Source: a virus | Reading direction: 5' to 3' (one strand) | Virus record (IMG/VR): IMGVR_UViG_3300007351_000576 | Coordinates: 1-26,381 of that record | Length of the DNA: 26,381 nt | In this document: positions 23,046 to 26,381 of the stretch, piece after piece | Layout: every line of letters starts with the position of its first letter | Numbering within the stretch: the stretch's first letter is position 1 | Program-made: the position numbers and the translations under genes | Notes under the pieces: model-generated | The model's input: the letters and a program-made list of their open reading frames with translations, nothing else | What the model was told of the DNA's origin: nothing | The model's database searches: none

Positions 23046-25685
23046 ATGGCTTATGAAATAAAAAATAATGAAATTGCTTGGGCTCCTGCTGTTGAGAATG
23101 TAAATAGGGGATACAGAGTATTTGGAGTTAGTTCAGAGAATTCTTTCAAGGTTTTGCCTTTTGAAAACATGATAGTAAACATTCCAAGTGGAGGACAATG
23201 CTGGATTAATGATATAAGGCAAACGTGGGCAGATCATATTCAGGATAATTTTGAAGGCGGAGTAATTAGTTGGAAATCTGCAGAACATACTGCCCTCAGT
23301 GAAGGAACATCCATTGTATTTGAAGGCTCTAAATCACTAAAAATGACGTGGAATCACGATGGAACAAGCCAATTCAAAAACAGAATCTACAAAGAATATG
23401 ATTCTCTTGATATAAAATATAGAAACAAACTGATTTTAAGATTTTATCCTGTTGCAGCAATGAGTAACGATCTTTATATCAAATACAAAAATAACGGAAG
23501 CGAATTCATACTGACTCAAGTATCAGCTGCTTCCTTAACACCTGGTCAATGGAATAGGATACTTGTTGATCTTCCTGCAAATGATGTTCAGAAGAATAAA
23601 TTTCAATCTTTAATCTTCGAGTTTGATGGATTACAATGGACTGCAGGAACTCGCATATTCTATTTTGATTTTGTAGAGTTTGACACACATGTCCTTGTGC
23701 CGACAGCCGATCCAAACAATGAAAGAAAAGATCTTATTGTTGTTGGTGAAACTGGGAAAATCGAATTAGTGCAGGGAACTCCTCAAAGTCAGAATCCTGT
23801 TGAACCACCAGATTTACCAGCAAATAAACATGCTTTGGCAATAATCACAGTTCCAGCAGGGCTTACTGCAATAACAAATTCGAATATTTTTGATGTAAGA
23901 ATCCCTAATTCGTTTGCTGTGAATGCAGATAAGACAAAGAATGAATTGACTACAATAAAAGGTCAGATAGTACAGCTTGCATTAAATGAGTTGGAACAGA
24001 ATGCACTTATGAGTTTACCAACGGAAATTCCGTTTACTAATATGCTTGTGGACAAGTTCTGGGATAGAAATGGACTAAACGACACAATTGAAGTGGTAAA
24101 TGATGGAGAAAACATGCATGGCTTTTGGGAAGCAATTGATTTTCCAAGAGGACAAGTCAATGTTTCAGGATTACCTGATGTAAGTGGAAACTCAAACTTT
24201 GACTGGAAAACAAGAACATATTATTGGAAAGGAAAAATACTCACATGGCTAAGATATGCAGTCTATGGAGAACTGGGGTGGGGTATTGCAAGCATCAATC
24301 CTAAAACTGGAGCTAAAATCCACGCCCAAATTTGGGCTCAAGATTGGATGGCAAACCCAAATGATACAGATCCAACAGGAACTCGTTCCCATAGCTTCTA
24401 CAAAGATAGTGGAACATGGTGTGGTCATCCATTGCATTGGACTCATGACGATAATTATCTCTATGTTCCCGTGTATAAAGCCAATGTTAAATTAGGATTT
24501 ACTTCAAGTGTCGACATTATGGTTTTGGATGAGAACTTGAATGTTGTCAAATGGATCAATGCACTTGATGAGGCTAACTCAGGATTCTCAAATTGGTATA
24601 TGGTACATAGCTTGCAGTATGTCCCAAGTTTAAGAGGATTCCTTGCATATTTAGGAGGACAAAGATTTACTGACTGGGGTCACCACAGACAACCTGTTCT
24701 CTTTGATAAAAATTTTAGAGTAATCTGGACAGGAGATATGTTGGACACAAATTACTACGTTTATGGAGTTGGATACATTCCTACAAGCGGATACATCTAC
24801 CAAATGACGTGGAGAGCTCAGACGAGCAATTTCTATGTTGAAGGGAGAAGATGGCCTGTTAAAGTATTGGATAATGGAGACATCTTCGTAGGATATAGAG
24901 ATTATTACAATGGAAACAACAACACAAACACGAATGGCTACCCAAGATATTTCAATAGTCACGCAATCTGCAATGACAAAGACAGAATGTGGATACCCTA
25001 CAGAGATGCGGAATACAATATGCGTGTAATCTATATTGAAGCAGGACAAAATGCAGACTGGTGGCAAAACTACAACATAGGAGACAACGTGCTTCAAAGA
25101 GGAATTTTAGTTGAAAGCAATGTTGAATCTGCACAAACGAATGATATTGAAAGATTAGGATATGCAGTATCATATGGAAGCAAAACTTGCTTCTACAGTT
25201 ACCATGACAAAACTTACAAAATCGAAGGAGGAATAACTACTCCTGGACAAGCAGTAGCTGCAGGTAGCTTCTCAGGTCGTCGTGGAGTTAGTGCAATGGG
25301 GAAAAGTAGCATTGTGATGTGGGACAGCACAAACAATGCATTTTACATTGTTGATTATGCAAATGCACAGACTGGAAGAGAACAAATAGGATTTAACCTA
25401 AAGACAAAGACTTTCAGTGTGGAGAATGTTAAAGGAGTCTATGTGACTGCAAAAGTTGAGGGAAGAGGAGCACTTGACCTATTGGACCTAATGAAATTTG
25501 ATGTGCTAAGCTCCACTGATGTGCCTATATTAGAAAATCAGAAAATAGACACGTACGTAGGGATACCTTTGGCAAACCAACCTCTCAACGCATTCAAAAT
25601 AAAATTCTATTGGACACCAGACGGAACGAAAGATATTGCAGCTCAATTCCTTGAATATGGTTTGTTTATAGATAATGAGGTGTAA
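23046..25685 (+). CDS. Tail fibre / receptor-binding protein, multidomain
   Basis: Fibre anchor motif PTADPNNERKDLIVV...GTP...PPDLP...LAIITVPAG...IFDVR; CBM-like jelly-roll segment; short coiled coil; aromatic beta-rich C-terminal region; SD GAGGTGA. Confidence 0.8.
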   Translation: MAYEIKNNEIAWAPAVENVNRGYRVFGVSSENSFKVLPFENMIVNIPSGGQCWINDIRQTWADHIQDNFEGGVISWKSAEHTALSEGTSIVFEGSKSLKMTWNHDGTSQFKNRIYKEYDSLDIKYRNKLILRFYPVAAMSNDLYIKYKNNGSEFILTQVSAASLTPGQWNRILVDLPANDVQKNKFQSLIFEFDGLQWTAGTRIFYFDFVEFDTHVLVPTADPNNERKDLIVVGETGKIELVQGTPQSQNPVEPPDLPANKHALAIITVPAGLTAITNSNIFDVRIPNSFAVNADKTKNELTTIKGQIVQLALNELEQNALMSLPTEIPFTNMLVDKFWDRNGLNDTIEVVNDGENMHGFWEAIDFPRGQVNVSGLPDVSGNSNFDWKTRTYYWKGKILTWLRYAVYGELGWGIASINPKTGAKIHAQIWAQDWMANPNDTDPTGTRSHSFYKDSGTWCGHPLHWTHDDNYLYVPVYKANVKLGFTSSVDIMVLDENLNVVKWINALDEANSGFSNWYMVHSLQYVPSLRGFLAYLGGQRFTDWGHHRQPVLFDKNFRVIWTGDMLDTNYYVYGVGYIPTSGYIYQMTWRAQTSNFYVEGRRWPVKVLDNGDIFVGYRDYYNGNNNTNTNGYPRYFNSHAICNDKDRMWIPYRDAEYNMRVIYIEAGQNADWWQNYNIGDNVLQRGILVESNVESAQTNDIERLGYAVSYGSKTCFYSYHDKTYKIEGGITTPGQAVAAGSFSGRRGVSAMGKSSIVMWDSTNNAFYIVDYANAQTGREQIGFNLKTKTFSVENVKGVYVTAKVEGRGALDLLDLMKFDVLSSTDVPILENQKIDTYVGIPLANQPLNAFKIKFYWTPDGTKDIAAQFLEYGLFIDNEV

Positions 25686-25689
25686 GACG

Positions 25690-25842
25690 ATGAGAATGTA
25701 TCAAAGAAGAATATCCAAACAAGCGATGCAGGTAGCTGTGAATAAGTTAGAGTCTCTTAAATCTCAAACAACAACAGGATCTGATGAGGAAGCATATTAT
25801 CAGTCAATCATTGACAGATATAATGAAATTATGACTCCTTAA
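25690..25842 (+). CDS. Small hypothetical protein, 50 aa, possibly fibre-associated (not in ORF track)
   Basis: Manual translation MRMYQRRISKQAMQVAVNKLESLKSQTTTGSDEEAYYQSIIDRYNEIMTP; SD GAGGTG at 25677-25682. Confidence 0.65.
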   Translation: MRMYQRRISKQAMQVAVNKLESLKSQTTTGSDEEAYYQSIIDRYNEIMTP

Positions 25843-25856
25843 TTGAGGTATTTTAG

Positions 25857-26381
25857 ATGGGAAATAATTCATTTGAGAAGGAGTTCATAGAAACTGGAAA
25901 TTGGACTGATGAACAAAAAGATTTCATCAACAAGTTATTTTCAGATATAGAACTTGCATTGAAAGACCGTTTTCCAGCAATTTCTCAAGATATGAGAATC
26001 AACTATGAACTTCCTAAAGAAGGGATTGGCATAAAAATTACTTCTGAATGTTCTGTCGGGGATGAAATCTTTCTTGGCGAACTCGATTGCAGACAGCACT
26101 TGGATTCATTTAGAGAATATCCTAAAGAAAGCATGAGAATGCTTGCTACTATGCTGAACAATCATGTGGTCTCGGTGTATGAACGAGTAATCATGAAATC
26201 ATTATCAAATCAATTTAGCAATCTCATTCAACAATCCGAAGTCTACGGGTCATCAAATGAAAACTTGTTGATTGCTAAAGAAAAGAAAATACTGCAGTCC
26301 ACCTCTATTCCCGAGGATGTTATTTTAATGCACCCTAAGACATTTCAAGCTTCAAAGAAGAGCTTGAAGGAGTCACAGTAA
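25857..26381 (+). CDS. Hypothetical protein, 174 aa
   Basis: Complete ORF with SD GAGGT at 25845-25849; weak resemblance to the central part of the capsid proteins (see findings). Confidence 0.7.
   Translation: MGNNSFEKEFIETGNWTDEQKDFINKLFSDIELALKDRFPAISQDMRINYELPKEGIGIKITSECSVGDEIFLGELDCRQHLDSFREYPKESMRMLATMLNNHVVSVYERVIMKSLSNQFSNLIQQSEVYGSSNENLLIAKEKKILQSTSIPEDVILMHPKTFQASKKSLKESQ

Larger units (their letters stand above)
1..26381 (+). mobile_element. Tailed dsDNA virus or provirus segment (packaging, head, tail modules), siphovirus-like, probably archaeal host
   Basis: Canonical co-oriented gene order from terminase through portal, protease, capsid, connectors, tail tube, tape measure to fibre; no sheath gene; no integrase or att site in the window, so free virus vs provirus cannot be decided. 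Confidence 0.95.

Noticed and set aside
24907-24936. AAC-rich stretch (NGNNNTNTNG) in the fibre gene, suggestive of a diversity-generating retroelement repeat
   Set aside because: No second adenine-mismatched copy and no reverse transcriptase or Avd gene seen in the window; not at the protein C-terminus. Worth re-testing only with the full genome
138-25173. All other minus-strand ORFs in the track (60-196 aa)
   Set aside because: Each lies opposite a well-supported + strand gene, has Phe/Ser/Ile-rich mirror composition and no motifs
1-26381. tRNA, rRNA, CRISPR array, integrase, att sites, tail sheath
   Set aside because: None seen; intergenic gaps are all under about 80 nt and contain no cloverleaf or regularly spaced repeats

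Overview
The whole window is one + strand segment of a tailed dsDNA virus or provirus (Caudoviricetes, HK97-fold capsid). No sheath gene and a 1369-aa tape measure point to a long non-contractile, siphovirus-like tail. Gene order: small early/regulatory ORFs, Dam-family adenine methyltransferase, ParB-like protein, putative small terminase, large terminase, winged-helix protein, portal fused to a Mu gpF-like domain, an inserted lipoprotein cassette, prohead protease, scaffold, DUF2190-like cement protein, major capsid protein, a second capsid paralogue, head fibre, small proteins including a holin-like one, head-tail connectors, tail tube, tail chaperone with a -1 frameshift extension, tape measure, distal tail and hub proteins, two tail-collar paralogues and a large receptor-binding protein. 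An archaeal host is inferred from a GINS B-domain-like ORF, TATA-like promoters, oligo-T terminators, GGAGGTGA-type Shine-Dalgarno motifs and no recognisable endolysin in the window. Strongest observations: a 20-bp motif in four copies at module boundaries, three of them exactly 15 nt before an ATG (candidate late promoter); a tandem capsid paralogue behind a hairpin terminator; the portal-MuF fusion; a self-contained lipoprotein cassette; and a frameshift site with a perfect 10-bp hairpin. All assignments come from reading motifs by eye; no database searches were run. No rRNA, tRNA, CRISPR array, integrase or transposase was seen.
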